Positions 50,095 through 62,839 of a stretch of DNA of 64,000 nucleotides are shown piece by piece. The stretch comes from Macrostomum lignano (lineage: Eukaryota), in assembly GCA_002269645.1 (NCBI GenBank), contig NIVC01000025.1, forward strand, positions 496,001-560,000, read 5' to 3'. A program made the position numbers and the translations under genes. Position 1 is the stretch's first letter. Each line of letters starts with the position of its first letter. The notes under the pieces are model-generated. The model was not told where the DNA came from. It did not search any database and saw only the letters and a list, made by a program, of their open reading frames with translations.

Positions 50095-51235
50095 AATTCA
50101 GTACTTAGCTAGGGAATTCTCTATAGGAACTTAGTAGGGAATTCCCTATATGAACTAAGTACTTAGCTAGGGAATTCTCTATAGGAACTAAGTACTTAGC
50201 TAGGGAATTCTCTATAGGAACTAAGTACTTAGCTAGGGAATTCTCTATAGGAACTAAGTACTTAGCTAGGGAATTCCCTGTAGAAACTGAGTAGTTAGCT
50301 AGGGAATTCAATATAGAAACTAAGTGGTTAGCTAGGGAATTCCCTATAGGAACTCAGTAGTTAGCTAGGGAATTCTCTATAGGAACTCAGTAGTTAGCTA
50401 GGGAATTCTCTATAGGAACTCAGTAGTTAGCTAGGGAATTCTCTATAGGAACTCAGTAGTTAGCTAGGGAATTCCCTGTAGAAACTGAGTAGTTAGCTAG
50501 GGAATTCAATATAGAAACTAAGTGGTTAGCTAGGGAATTCCCTATAGGAACTCAGTAGTTAGCTAGGGAATTACCTATAGGAACTCAGTAGTTAGCTAGG
50601 GAATTCCCTATAGGAACTCAGTAGTTAGCTAGGGAATTACCTATATGAACTCAGTAGTTAGCTAGGGAATTCTCTATAGGAACTCAGTAGTTAGCTAGGG
50701 AATTCTCTATAGGAACTCAGTAGTTAGCTAGGGAATTCTCTATAGGAACTCAGTAGTTAGCTAGGGAATTCTCTATAGGAACTCAGTAGTTAGCTAGGGA
50801 ATTCTCTATAGGAACTCAGTAGTTAGCTAGGGAATTCTCTATAGGAACTCAGTAGTTAGCTAGGGAATTCTCTATAGGAACTCAGTAGTTAGCTAGGGAA
50901 TTCTCTATAGGAACTCAGTAGTTAGCTAGGGAATTCTCTATAGGAACTCAGTAGTTAGCTAGGGAATTCTCTATAGGAACTCAGTAGTTAGCTAGGGAAT
51001 TCTCTATAGGAACTCAGTAGTTAGCTAGGGAATTCTCTATAGGAACTCAGTAGTTAGCTAGGGAATTCTCTATAGGAACTCAGTAGTTAGCTAGGGAATT
51101 CTCTATAGGAACTCAGTAGTTAGCTAGGGAATTCTCTATAGGAACTCAGTAGTTAGCTAGGGAATTCTCTATAGGAACTCAGTAGTTAGCTAGGGAATTC
51201 TCTATAGGAACTCAGTAGTTAGCTAGGGAATTCCT
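50095..51235. repeat. 33-bp minisatellite (gttagctagggaattctctataggaactcagta)
   Basis: About 34 copies beginning about 30 nt after the Cys-loop stop codon. Confidence 0.97.
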
Positions 51236-52027
51236 CGTGGCAATTTGCTGAACAAATGAAAAATCCTTATTATTGCAAAGTGTAGCTAAGTGGGAAGTCT
51301 TTTGAGTAAATCTTTTACCCAGCAGGGGAATTCCCCTAATTAGAACTTATTTAACTGTGCAAGGAATTGAGAATTCCCCAAACCTGACTAAACCAGTCGC
51401 GCAGCAGGCTATTTAACTGCAAATATTAACTGTCAAAATCTGTTTATTTTAAATCACGAAATGATTAAATTTACACGAATCAAGTGAGAAAAGATATACA
51501 TATATTTTTAAATAAAAACTTGCTATTTACTACTAACTAATGCCTCAATAGTAGAATCAATATATATTTTTTAAAAATATTATTGCTATATTTTTAATTC
51601 AAGAATACGTAATGCGGCTAATGCACTTTTTTCGCTACTCATAGTAAGGTAGAAGTAAAAAACAGCAAAATCGCACCGTGACCGGCAAAATAATCACGAT
51701 GCAGGCAAAACTTAAGGCAGATATTGATATTGCATCCAGCACATGATAATCTTAAGCACCTTGACAATCATTGTTAAACAGCTCTTACACTCTTAAATTT
51801 TCGAAAATCTACTTTATGTGCGTTGTCTCCATTAAATAAACAACACGAATAAACAAATAAAAGCACGTAGCATGAAAAATAACTACTAAATTGACTGGTT
51901 TGATGCTTTTCATTAAACAAATTGGATTAAATTAAACTAAAAATTATAATCCACTTTTTATAATTATAGCCGGTAGGTGTCGGTTGAAAATTTTGACAAT
52001 CGAACAAACTAACTGAAAAACATGTAA

Positions 52028-52028
<1 letters not shown>

Positions 52029-52072
<44 letters not shown>

Positions 52073-52075
52073 GGC

Positions 52076-52124
<49 letters not shown>

Positions 52125-52127
52125 GGC

Positions 52128-52188
<61 letters not shown>

Positions 52189-52191
52189 GGC

Positions 52192-52260
<69 letters not shown>

Positions 52261-52263
52261 GGC

Positions 52264-52324
<61 letters not shown>

Positions 52325-52347
52325 GGTAGACAGACAGACAGACAGGC

Positions 52348-52424
<77 letters not shown>

Positions 52425-52425
52425 G
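52029..52425. repeat. (GACA)n microsatellite
   Basis: About 45 nt downstream of the TRP-A stop codon. Confidence 0.98.
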
Positions 52426-52469
52426 GCACAGAAGACAGCAGACAGCATGCCATCGGCAAGCATCGGCAG

Positions 52470-55400
52470 TCAGCTGGAAAAGACGTCATCAAGGTCCTCC
52501 TCCACTGCGACCTTTTCTTCTGCTGCCTCCTCTGCTGGCGCATTCTGCGATTCGGCAGCCGGACGCGCCTTCAACACCTCCAGGCGAAGATCGGCGGCCA
52601 CGCGATCCCGCATCGCCGTCACCAAGCTGGCCCGCGCCGACTGGTCGGCGGCCGACTGGTCGGCGGCCGACGACCGGCGCTTCGGCCTGCGCTCCCGCTG
52701 CCAGTGCGGCAGCTCCTCGGACTGCGGCCGGAAGTACCGCTTGGCAATCCAGTCGAACAGATAGTGCAGGGCGAACACCAACGGGCTGGCGACATTGTAC
52801 GGCACCGGTAGCGGCATCAGCTGGTGATGATGCACCATGATGAAGCGCAGCATCCGTCTAGTCCTGGCATACAGCCAGCTATTGTCTTTGTCCTCTTGAA
52901 TGTGCTGGAAAGTCACAGACATCATAGCGATGAGGAGGTTGACGCAAACAACGAACCCGAGTACCATCCAGCTGGCGTACAGAATCAGACCTGAAATCGA
53001 TGAGGAGATGGGTTCTGTCGTCTGAAGTGACATTGTCATTCTGCCGACTCCCCTAAGCACTGCAGGCACACAAGCGCGCGGATACGTACGCAGTCATACG
53101 CACAGGCACACACTCACACAGGAGTGTACAGCGGCCCTAACTTTATTAACCGTTAGGCATGTACAAATCACTGTGCCCTGAACTGAGAGTTTGGCCTGTT
53201 AGGTTATTACGTAAAATACTTTATCATCTGCAGTAAAGTTTCTGACAGTTTCTCGTAAATTGTAGTGCCCACCTCACTGTACGAGTAAACTGTGTCCCCG
53301 GCTAGTCTCGAGATGATGGAGTCTGGGAAATTTGTTTGTGAGGCGGCCGTTTGAGGAAACATTTGGCTCCTGAGTATTAAAGTCTAAAGCAAATCTGTAG
53401 TTTTAAAGGTGCCAAAAGGTACCAAGAGGTGTCTCTATAAGGGTGTCTTCAGGTATTTTTGTGTCTACAAGAATCTATGGGTGAATATGTCTTTGGGTAC
53501 CTATAGGTGTCTACATCAGTAGCTACGAATGCCTTTTCGAGTGGTGTGTAACTTTTTCACAGAGTTGGCAAGTTATTTGTGACGTCCTTCTGGAAAGCAC
53601 TCCTTTGGCTGTTGCTGGGATTACTTTTTCGTTTGGAGGTTGTGGGCGCCTTGTAAGCGGTGATGTTCATTTGCTCCAAATGTTTTTGTAATTCTCATCT
53701 TATCTGATTTAGTAACTGTTATTATATTCTCCTTATACCAAATATTCATACAAGGAGCTGGCTGTCCTCCCGATCTGGTAATCTGGCAAATCTGGTGCCT
53801 ACCGATCAGTAGGGCGAACTTCACAGCCATGAGCGGGTCAAAGTACTGCGTCCAGGTATCTCCGGCGTCCTTCAACTCGTTGTCGTCCGAATTAGTCATG
53901 CCGAACATCGCCCAGAAAAACTGGATCGCCACAGTAGAAAATGTTTTGCCAAAACCGCTGGTACCGCAGACGAAATTCCTATAGGAGTTCGTCATGGCAG
54001 TTGTGTAGGCGATGAACACAATGAACAGGACGGAGACAAATTTCAGCACGTCTTTCATCATGCTCTGCACAGTGAGTGCCAGCACGCCCATTGTCTTCTG
54101 CCAGACAAAGACGTTTCCGAGAGAGATGTACAGGAACAGATTGCCTGTAAGCGGTGAGTGCCAGGATATGATAGAACCAATGCTAAAGGATTTTTACAAT
54201 TATTGAGGTGGTTTACCTACCAAAACCGGTGACAGAGTTCATATAGAACACAGGTTCCATGAGCAGTTGCAGCGTTGTTAGCTCGTGAGGCTGTAAAACT
54301 GTGAGGATGTCGCACAGTGAAATGGCGGACCGATTAGCCGAGCACAATGACTGCCGAAAACTGGGCATCTCCGACGTGTAGCGCTTGGCAGTCTCAAACC
54401 AGATGATGAGGAACAGCAGCGATGAGAAGTGCAGCGCGAGGCTCACGCTGAGCAGATAGTCAAACATGCTCACGTAGAACTGCCGGCCAGACATCAGACT
54501 GAGATTGTAGGCCTCATCAATGATTCTGGCGATGATGAAGGCCAGACCAAAAGTCTGCAACTGCATATACGTGTCGCTGGAATTGAAGCAGATGATTGAG
54601 CGGACGTCGCTCGAAGATGAAGTGTTGGCTCCGACGAACACGGCAATTAGATAAGTTACTATGGAGATCACCTCCATCAAAGCGAGAATCCGGGCCGACC
54701 GAAGGAACTTGATGAGCCGCGGATGCGGGAAGATGATGGAGATTGGCGTGAGAACTGCGAAGGCGAACGCGCAGACGAACAGCATCTTGACGAAGCCGAT
54801 GACTGACCACATGTCGCCAAGGAACTCGGAGCCAGCTGAGAACTGGGCATCGACCACAGTCTGCGTCGCCCTGTGCACCACGGCTTTGTTCAGACGGAAC
54901 TGCGCGAACATCAGCGTGCGGCCTGGGATGTGTGTGATTGTGCCACAGTCAGTAGACAGTAGCTCATGTGTGCCAAATACCAAGCAATTCATACCAGTAC
55001 AAGTGATTTGAAAAAGTTAATAATCTGAAAGACATAATTTAACTTAACCGAGATGCTTGCTGTATCGGTTGGTGCAGTCGATGAGGTCTTCCTCAACATC
55101 GTCCAGCAGCAGTTGTCGGGCCTCGCTGTCGCTAGTCGTCTGCTCGAGCATCAGAGTCAGACAGGCGCTGATGTTTCGCTTGCTCTGCTTGTAGGCTTTC
55201 AGCAGGTTCTGCCGGATGAGTGTCAGGCGCACGTGCACCAGCCGGGCGGCCATGCGGAGGCAGTAGGCCACCGGATCCTCGTCTAGGGCGAACACGTACA
55301 GGGGTGCCACGGCGCACGGGTACACCTCTAGCACGTATACCTTGGTGCGGAAACACAGGCTGTGTTGCACTTCTGACTGAAGCACTCCTAGGAGATATTC

Positions 55401-56210
55401 TGCTTCATCTAAATTATTATATGCTAAGTATGCACAGCATCTTTGGCTTGAAATTGGAATCTCGGCTTGGCTCTGCTCGTGCAGTTAACGTCTTTGAAGG
55501 CCAACCCCCAAGGCACAGTGAAGTGTACATGCCTAACGATAAATAAAGTCAGGGCCGCTGTACACTCATGTGTGAGTGTGTGCCTGTGCGTATGACTGCG
55601 TACGTATCTGCGCGCTTGTATGCTTGCTCAGGGGAGTCGGCGGAATGGGCAGCAATGCCTCTCGCCGGTTGTGTGACAATGTCGCTTAAAGTGCACCAGG
55701 GTGCATATAGCCCCCTGTCTCTAATAAAGAAGGGCCGATGTACATCCCGTACGTACGTATCCGTGTGTGTGCACGCGCTCAGGGGGCTGCGGAGTCGACT
55801 GTCGCTCACGCATAAATGTGCCGTAGTGCCCGAATATCCCCTGCGAATATCCCCTACGTGTGACAATGACTTAACCAACAAAGACCAACCTGATGAGACC
55901 GAGGGTCGGCCGAAATGTTAGCGCAGATGCTGCACTCGCAACTGTCCGGGTTCCAATGGTAGAACGGCAGCCGGACGTGCAGCTCTCGCACCAGGTAGCT
56001 CACAATGGCCGGGCGCTTCTCGTTGATGGCCAGAATGAGGCAGGCCTGCCAGTTGACGGTCTCCTTGGCCACCTTGGCGACCATGATCTTGAGGTTGGCC
56101 AGCTTGTTCAACCGGATACAGTGGCGCAGATTGGCGTCCAACAGCAGGCGGACTTTCTCTTCAATCTCCGAGTCGGCATTGGTCAGCATCTGCAGAGTGC
56201 CTGGGTCCAT
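52470..56210 (-). CDS. Divergent TRPC-like cation channel, paralogue A, 725 aa
   Basis: Exons 56210-55890, 55340-55049, 54922-54221, 54144-53803, 52990-52470 (2178 nt, phases 0,1,1,1). H..C.C..C zinc (TRP_2-like) motif, EDP helix, six TM segments, FFWAMFG pore helix, NLLIAMM S6, TRP-box-like SWLYAR. Confidence 0.9.
53037..53147. repeat. Intronic dispersed repeat (one-ended MITE-like), inverted partner of 55542-55647
   Basis: A core of about 76 bp with 3 mismatches to the reverse complement of the intron 1 copy. Confidence 0.85.
55542..55647. repeat. Intronic dispersed repeat, inverted partner of 53037-53147
   Basis: Begins aataaagtcagggccgctgtacactc; reverse complement of the intron 4 copy. 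Confidence 0.85.
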
Positions 56211-57234
56211 GGCTCAGCGCTGGTCTGTGTCCGGAGAACTTAGAAAAAAAATCTGCTAATGTGGCTCCAGTTTCAGTGCACACTTACTTAAATTCTGGAT
56301 CAGTGGCCAGCGATCGATAAAGAATTTCTTTGCTCTGCCTACAGTATGTTGCATTGCGCTGCATGGCCAAGTCTTGCTCTGAGTACAGTGACTTGTCCAA
56401 CTGTACGGGAGTCGGTTAGGTGCAACAATAGAAACGAAACGATCTGCGTCCCCTCAAGCCAGAGTCTTCAACTCTTCCTGTTAGCCCGCAGTAGCGCCTT
56501 TCGCCTTCTTGGTCCGGTTTTTTATAAAATTCTCCCCCCCCCCTACTTTTCAGTCTATGCAAGCCCTGAGCAGGGGGGGGGGGGCTGTGCAAGTCAGTCA
56601 GACAGCAAGTCAAAGAATAAAGCATAGCCACCGTATATGGCAGAGAATTTCTCACGTAAATCGATTCAGATCTGCAAAGACTGCAACAGCCAGCAATTAA
56701 GTCGAAGTTAATCTGTGCGAATAATTCTACTAAAATTAAATCTGTACTGAATCATGTTTATTTATGATACAGATACGCCACACTCAATAATGTACCGAAA
56801 TGAAGAGTTAGAATTTCTAGCGAACTTGTGAAAGGCTGCAAATAAAGTAATACCGCAATTTACAACAATTACAATTACAATTTCTGTCGAGAGCCATGTC
56901 TAAAGGAGACATCTTCATGATTAAACTAAACACAAAGAACTAAGGATCGAGAAGGACAGGTGGAAATATACGTAGAATAGTGTAACAACTCTGGATAATT
57001 GTGGGCAATTCTTTTTGAAGACCTAATTTTGATTGAAATTTATTATCAATATGGAAGTTCGTAAATTCTTTAGTATTGTTAGCACTATATAGACTATTTC
57101 TCATCATCTGAGCCAGCTTGAATATGCATCAGTGGCGGTACGCAGAGGGGACATCGGGACGTCGAGGCCACTCGACAAATGACGGGAGATTAACTTTTAT
57201 CACCTCTTAAAAGCGGCATTGACCGACTTAAGAG

Positions 57235-57425
57235 ACAGGGGTAGGGGCACCTAACAAGAGACAGAGGGCACCCACCAAGAGACAGAGGGCGCCCACCAAG
57301 AGACAGAGGGCACCTAACAAGAGACAGAGGGCACCCACCAAGAGACAGAGGGCACCCACCAAGAGACAGGGGCGCCCACCAAGAGACAGAGGGCACCCAC
57401 CAAGAGACAGAGGGCGCCCACAAAG
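57235..57425. repeat. 20-21 bp minisatellite (accaagagacagagggcaccc)
   Basis: About 9 copies, 80 nt downstream of the TRP-B stop codon. Confidence 0.9.
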
Positions 57426-57507
57426 ACACCAAATATACATGTAGATTCGATAATACTAAAGTCCTCTGAAGGTCCTTGATCAGCAATGCATGCGACAATT
57501 CAATCGG

Positions 57508-60500
57508 TTATGAAACGATAAACACGCTGTCAAAATAGTCTTCGTTCACTGCGGCACCTGCTGAGTCGCGCTTGTGACCCTCCTGCCCCACCGAGTTCGA
57601 AGTTGTGGAGACATGCCGCTCCAGTCGGAGGTCCGCAGCTACTCTGTCGCGCAGGAGATCCACTAATCGGCGTCGTTCAACACTCTTGGTGAGGTCGGAA
57701 TGACGTTTCGGCAGCTGATTCTCTATTGGGCGTCGCAGTAAAACTGTGTTGAGCAGGTGGTGCAGGGCGAACACCAACGGACTGGCGACATTGTACGGCA
57801 CCGGTAGCGGCATCAGCTGGTGATGATGCACCATGATGAAGCGCAGCATCCGTCTAGTCCTGGCATACAGCCAGCTGTTGTCTTTGTCGTCCTGGATCTT
57901 CTGGAATGTCACCGCCAGCATGGCAATCAGGAGGTTGACGCAAACAACGAATCCAAGCACCATCCAGCTGGCGTACAGAATCAGACCTGAATTTTTCAAA
58001 ATTTTATAATTTAATTTATGGACTACTGTTAGTAGGACTGCCAGCTACAATCAAATGCAGTAGCATTCATGCGTACGTTTTTGAAACTTTTTTTCCAAAG
58101 TTATGAAACTTAGCCTCCTGTCAAGGGGAAGGGTGACAAGCGGCACACACAGGAGCGCCCGCTAGGAGACAGGGGCGCCCGCTAAGAGACAGGAGCGCCC
58201 GCTAGGAGACAGGGGCGCCCGCTAAGAGACAGGGGCGCCCGCTAAGAGACAGGAGCGCCTGCTAAGAGACAGGAGCGCCCGCTAAGAGACAGGGGCGCCC
58301 GCTAAGAGACAGGGGCGCCCGCTAAGAGACAGGGGCGCCCGCTAAGAGACAGGAGCGCCCGCTAAGAGACAGGAGCGCCCGCTAAGAGACAGGAGCGCCC
58401 GCTAGGAGACAGGGGCGCCCGCTAAGAGACAGGGGCGCCCGCTAAGAGACAGGGGCGCCCGCTAAGAGACAGGAGCGCCCGCTAAGAGACAGGAGCGCCC
58501 GCTAAGAGACAGGGGCGCCCGCTAAGAGACAGGGGCGCTCGCTAAGAGACAGGAGCGCCCGCTAGGAGACAGGGGCGCCCGCTAAGAGACAGGAGCGCCC
58601 GCTAAGAGACAGGGGCGCCCGCTAAGAGACAGGGGCGCCCGCTAAGAGACAGGGGCGCTCGCTAAGAGACAGGGGCACTCGCTAAGAGACAGGGGCGCCC
58701 GCTAAGAGACAGGGGCGCCCGCTAAGAGACAGGAGCGCCCGCTAAGAGACAGGAGCGCCCGCTAAGAGACAGGAGCGCCCGCTAAGAGACAGGGGCGCTC
58801 GCTAAGAGACAGGGGCGCCCGCTAAGAGACAGGGGCGCTCGCTAAGAGACAGGGGCGCCCGCTAGGAGACAGGAGCGCCCGCTAAGAGACAGGGGCGCCC
58901 GCTAAGAGACAGGGGCGCCCGCTAGGAGACAGGGGCGCCCGCTCAGAGACAGGAGCGCCCGCTAAGAGACAGGGGCGCCCGCTAAGAGACAGGGGCGCCC
59001 GCTAAGAGACAGGGGCGCCCGCCAAGAGACAGGGGCGCCCGCTAAGAGACAGGGGCGCCCGCTAAGAGACAGGAGCGCCTGCTAAGAGACAGGAGTGCCC
59101 GCTAAGAGACAGGGGCGCCCGCTAAGAGACAGGGGCGCTCGCTAAGAGACAGGGGCGCCCGCTAAGAGACAGGGGCGCCCGCTAAGAGACAGGGGCGCCC
59201 GCTAAGAGACAGGGGCGCCCGCTAAGAAACAGGAGCGCCCGCTAAGAGACAGGGGCGCCCGCTAAGAGACAGGGGCACCCGCTAAGAGACAGGGGCGCCC
59301 GCTAAGAGACAGGGGCGCCCGCTAAGAGACAGGAGCGCCCGCTAAGAGACAGGGGCGCTCGCTAAGAGACAGGGGCGCCCGCTAAGAGACAGGGGCGCTC
59401 GCTAAGAGACAGGGGCGCCCGCTAGGAGACAGGAGCGCCCGCTAAGAGACAGGGGCGCCCGCTAAGAGACAGGGGCGCCCGCTAAGAGACAGGGGCGCCC
59501 GCTAAGAGACAGGGGCGCCCGCTAAGAGACAGAGGCGCCCACCAAGACTTCTGGAAAGAGGGGCATCAAGCCTGCTGCCAAGGGATCGTCACATGCTTTG
59601 CCAGCCAATTGGGAGGGGGGAGGGGGGAGGGCGTGGCCTCCTTTCCCCAACACCCCTGATTATGCCCTTTTCTGCCGCTGTCTTCTGGCAGATGTCCAAA
59701 AACTAAAAACTTACGAGCTATAAACAAAAAACTGAAACTTGTCAAAAAGTCAAGAAATAGGCAACTGCCGCGGAAAATCCTCAAATGCCAAGAACTGAAA
59801 ATAAGAATCAGTCACAAAACTGAAATTTCAAGTGCATGGCCCAGAAACCCTGGCAGGAAAAAGGCTTTTAAAATCGACACTAACTCCGTCAAACAGAGGC
59901 CCGGAACTCACCCAAGATGCCGGTGAATTGCACCGACATCAACGGGGCAAAGTAGCTGTCCCAGGTGACCCCAGCGCCTGTAACTTTGTAGTCTGCAGCC
60001 TGGGTCATGCCGAACATGGCCCAGAAGAACTCTATGGCCACAGAGGAGAATGTGATGCCGAATGCGCTCGAGCCGCAGGTGTAGTTCCGGTACAGGTTGG
60101 TCATGGCTGTGGTGAATGCGATGAACACGATGAAGAGCACGCAGACGAATTTCGCCACATCTTTCATCATGCTCTGGACAGTAATAGCCAGTACGCCCAT
60201 TGTCTTCTGCCAGACAAAGATGTTTCCCAGAGATATGAACAGAAATAGGTTGCCTGTAAATGCGAGCATGTCTCACTGTACTGTTGACGAATCCAGGATG
60301 TAAGTGTACATGTAAAACTTTATCCTTTTGTGGTTATTTTTATTTAAAAAATGTCACCATCTATTATTTCATTTTTAATCTGGGACTTGTAATCTGGACT
60401 TTTTCGTGTTGTTCAGCCCTTGTAGCCTTGGAGCTAGAACGTCTGACTCACGAATGAAATGTCGGGGGTTCGATCCCTGACCCACTCGGAACAATTTGTG

Positions 60501-62567
60501 TTCTTGAGCAGAACACTTAACTCTGCATTGCTTTAGTTCTCCCGGCTGTAAAATGGGTGCCAGCATTAGCTGGGATCATTGAGGATGTGTGTGGCGAAAC
60601 CCCCTCCCCCCAGTCTGAACAGCCGTGGACTGAACAGCCGTACGCAGCCTTCAGATGATCAGCGCAATAGCTGCGGCTGAGCTGTCGGTTGAACATCTGG
60701 CCATTAGGGCAGGTGTAATGTAACAACAGCCTTCCTTCCTGGTGTCTTTAATCATGGATTCTTTCGGGCTTGCGTCTGCATCAAATTCAGTTGTCATTTT
60801 CGGCGAATTTTCGGCGAAGTACTCGTAGTACTTAAAAAAAGGTCTTCAAGAGGTCCTTAACAAGACTTTTAACCGGCGAAAATCATCGATATCTTTTCGG
60901 TGTGTATCGGTGCTATCAGTGCTAGAGTATGGTGCCCTCTATTCTGGTGCAGGAATGTCAAGCCGACCCAGGGGTTCACGTCCCGCATGTGTTCAAGGCA
61001 GCTCTAGGGCTGCTGGACTGACTGGGCTTCGGCGGTGGCAACCATCCGTGGCCTTGGCTTCTGTCTTGGCCGATTTGGGTACAGGCTCCACCCGAAAGTG
61101 AACATGTGCGCATCAGGTACCTCTTGCTACGGCTCTGAGGAACAGGTATCACCCTCTGACCTTAACAGGGTATGCGGCCAGTCCGCAGGCTCCGGAGACA
61201 GCCTTTTGTTCTCCCTCAAGGGCCCAGTGTAGCACCGCGCTGATGGTCCTTTGGTTCGGCCTCTGGTTTCTCCAAGCCGGGGCTCTTAGCCGGGGAGTTT
61301 CTCGGTTGCTAGCGGTCGGGTTTGGGGTTACGGCCCAGCAGCTTCTCACCTCCAGTCCCCACTCGCCTGCTGCCCGTGGTCGCCAGGGCTTAGCGAAATG
61401 GGCGGAAACGCCTCCTCGCTGCATCCGGATGCACGGAGCCCCCTGCAGCTTGGTAAGTCAAGTAAGTAAAAAATTGGTGCTATCAACACATATTTACCAA
61501 CGGCAGTGACCGAATTCACGTAGAACACCGGCTCCATGAGGATGTTCACCGAGGCCAAGTCGGTGCTGTCCAGCACTCCCAGCAGGTCGCACAGAGGCAC
61601 ACTGGACCGGTTGCCTGAGCACAGGTGCTGCCGAAATATTGGCACCGTGGCTCCGAAACGGTTCACCTCGTCAGACCAGATGATGAGGAACAGCAGCGAT
61701 GAGAAGTGCAGCGCGAGGCTCACGCTGAGCAGATAGTCAAACATGCTCACGTAGAACTGCCGGCCAGACATCAGACTGAGGTTGTATGCCTCATCAATGA
61801 TTCTGGCGATGATGAATGTCAGGCCGAACATCTGCAGCTGCACGTACGCGTCACTGATATCCGTGCAAACAATGGACTGCACATCGTTGCTGGAAGTGTT
61901 AGCCCCCACCAGGACTAAAGCCATGTAGGTTGCTATGGAAACCACCTCCATCAAAGCGAGAATCCGGGCCGACCGAAGGAACTTGATGAGCCGCGGATGC
62001 GGGAAGATGATGGAGATTGGCGTGAGAACTGCGAAGGCGAACGCGCAGACGAACAGCATCTTGACGAAGCCGATAACTGACCACATGTCGCCAAGGAACT
62101 CGGAGCCCAGAGAGAACTGAGCCTCGATCACTGTCTGCGTCGCTCGGTGCACCACGGCTTTGTTCAGGCGGAACTGCGCGAACATCAACGCGCGTCCTAG
62201 CGTTGGAAAGATGAACACGTGTATTTGAATCTATTGGCACGAGTTTAAATGATAAAAGTGTGTCTATTTACTCACCAAGATGCTGGCTATACCGATCCAC
62301 GCATTCCATTAAGTCTTCCTCGACGTCGTCAAGCAGCAGTTGTTGCGCTTCTCGATCGCTGCCGGTCTGATGCAGTACGAGGCTCAGACAGGCGCCAATG
62401 TTCCTCTTGCTCTGTTTGTAGGCCTTGACCATGTTCTGGCTGGCCAGAGACAACCGGACGCTGGCCAGCCGGGCGGCCATGCGCAGGCAGTAGGCCATGG
62501 GATCCTCGTCGAGTGAATATACGTAGAGAGGCGCCACAGCGCAAGGAAAAACCTCGAGAACGTACAC
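57508..62567 (-). CDS. Divergent TRPC-like cation channel, paralogue B (5' exon not found in the window)
   Basis: Exons 62567-62276, 62196-61498, 60253-59912, 57986-57508 have the same phases as paralogue A and lengths of 292/699/342 nt versus 292/702/342 nt. Confidence 0.9.
58150..59545. repeat. 20-bp minisatellite (gctaagagacaggggcgccc)
   Basis: About 70 copies in the last intron of TRP-B. Confidence 0.97.
60420..60730 (+). mobile_element. tRNA-derived SINE with a CORE/Meta-like central domain
   Basis: A-box-like tagccttgg and B-box ggttcgatccc, then gtgttcttgagcagaacacttaac and ctgtaaaatggg (CORE-type motif); shares its 3' end with the 49390-49590 copy. Confidence 0.72.
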
Positions 62568-62839
62568 CTGAGAGTGGAAACGGTGGAAAGCATCGAGTCG
62601 TGAGCGAAGTCAATTAATGTCCTTCTTGAGAGCAGAGGAATTATTAGCAGTTTCAAAGCTGCCTTACTTTAGACAAGGGTTTGGGAAAAAGTTTTCTTCA
62701 AAGGACCAGGTAGAGAATCTATCGCATGACTGCGTGCCAGAGGAGGAGAGAGAGGAGAGATAATAGTGAAGACATCGAGAGATAGACGAAAGGAAAGGCG
62801 AGAATAAAGGGGACGAAATAGGTGAGAGGAATAGAGAAC

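Noticed and set aside
55890-55916. ctgatgag...cgaaa hammerhead-like core
   Set aside because: Stems I and III and the NUH site do not form, and it is the antisense of a TRP coding exon.
60420-60490. tRNA gene
   Set aside because: The cloverleaf is incomplete and runs into a SINE body; it is annotated as a SINE head instead.
61400-61440. gcctcctcgctg, similar to the HDV ribozyme P3/L3 region
   Set aside because: No P1/P2 partners and no correctly placed J4/2 were found.
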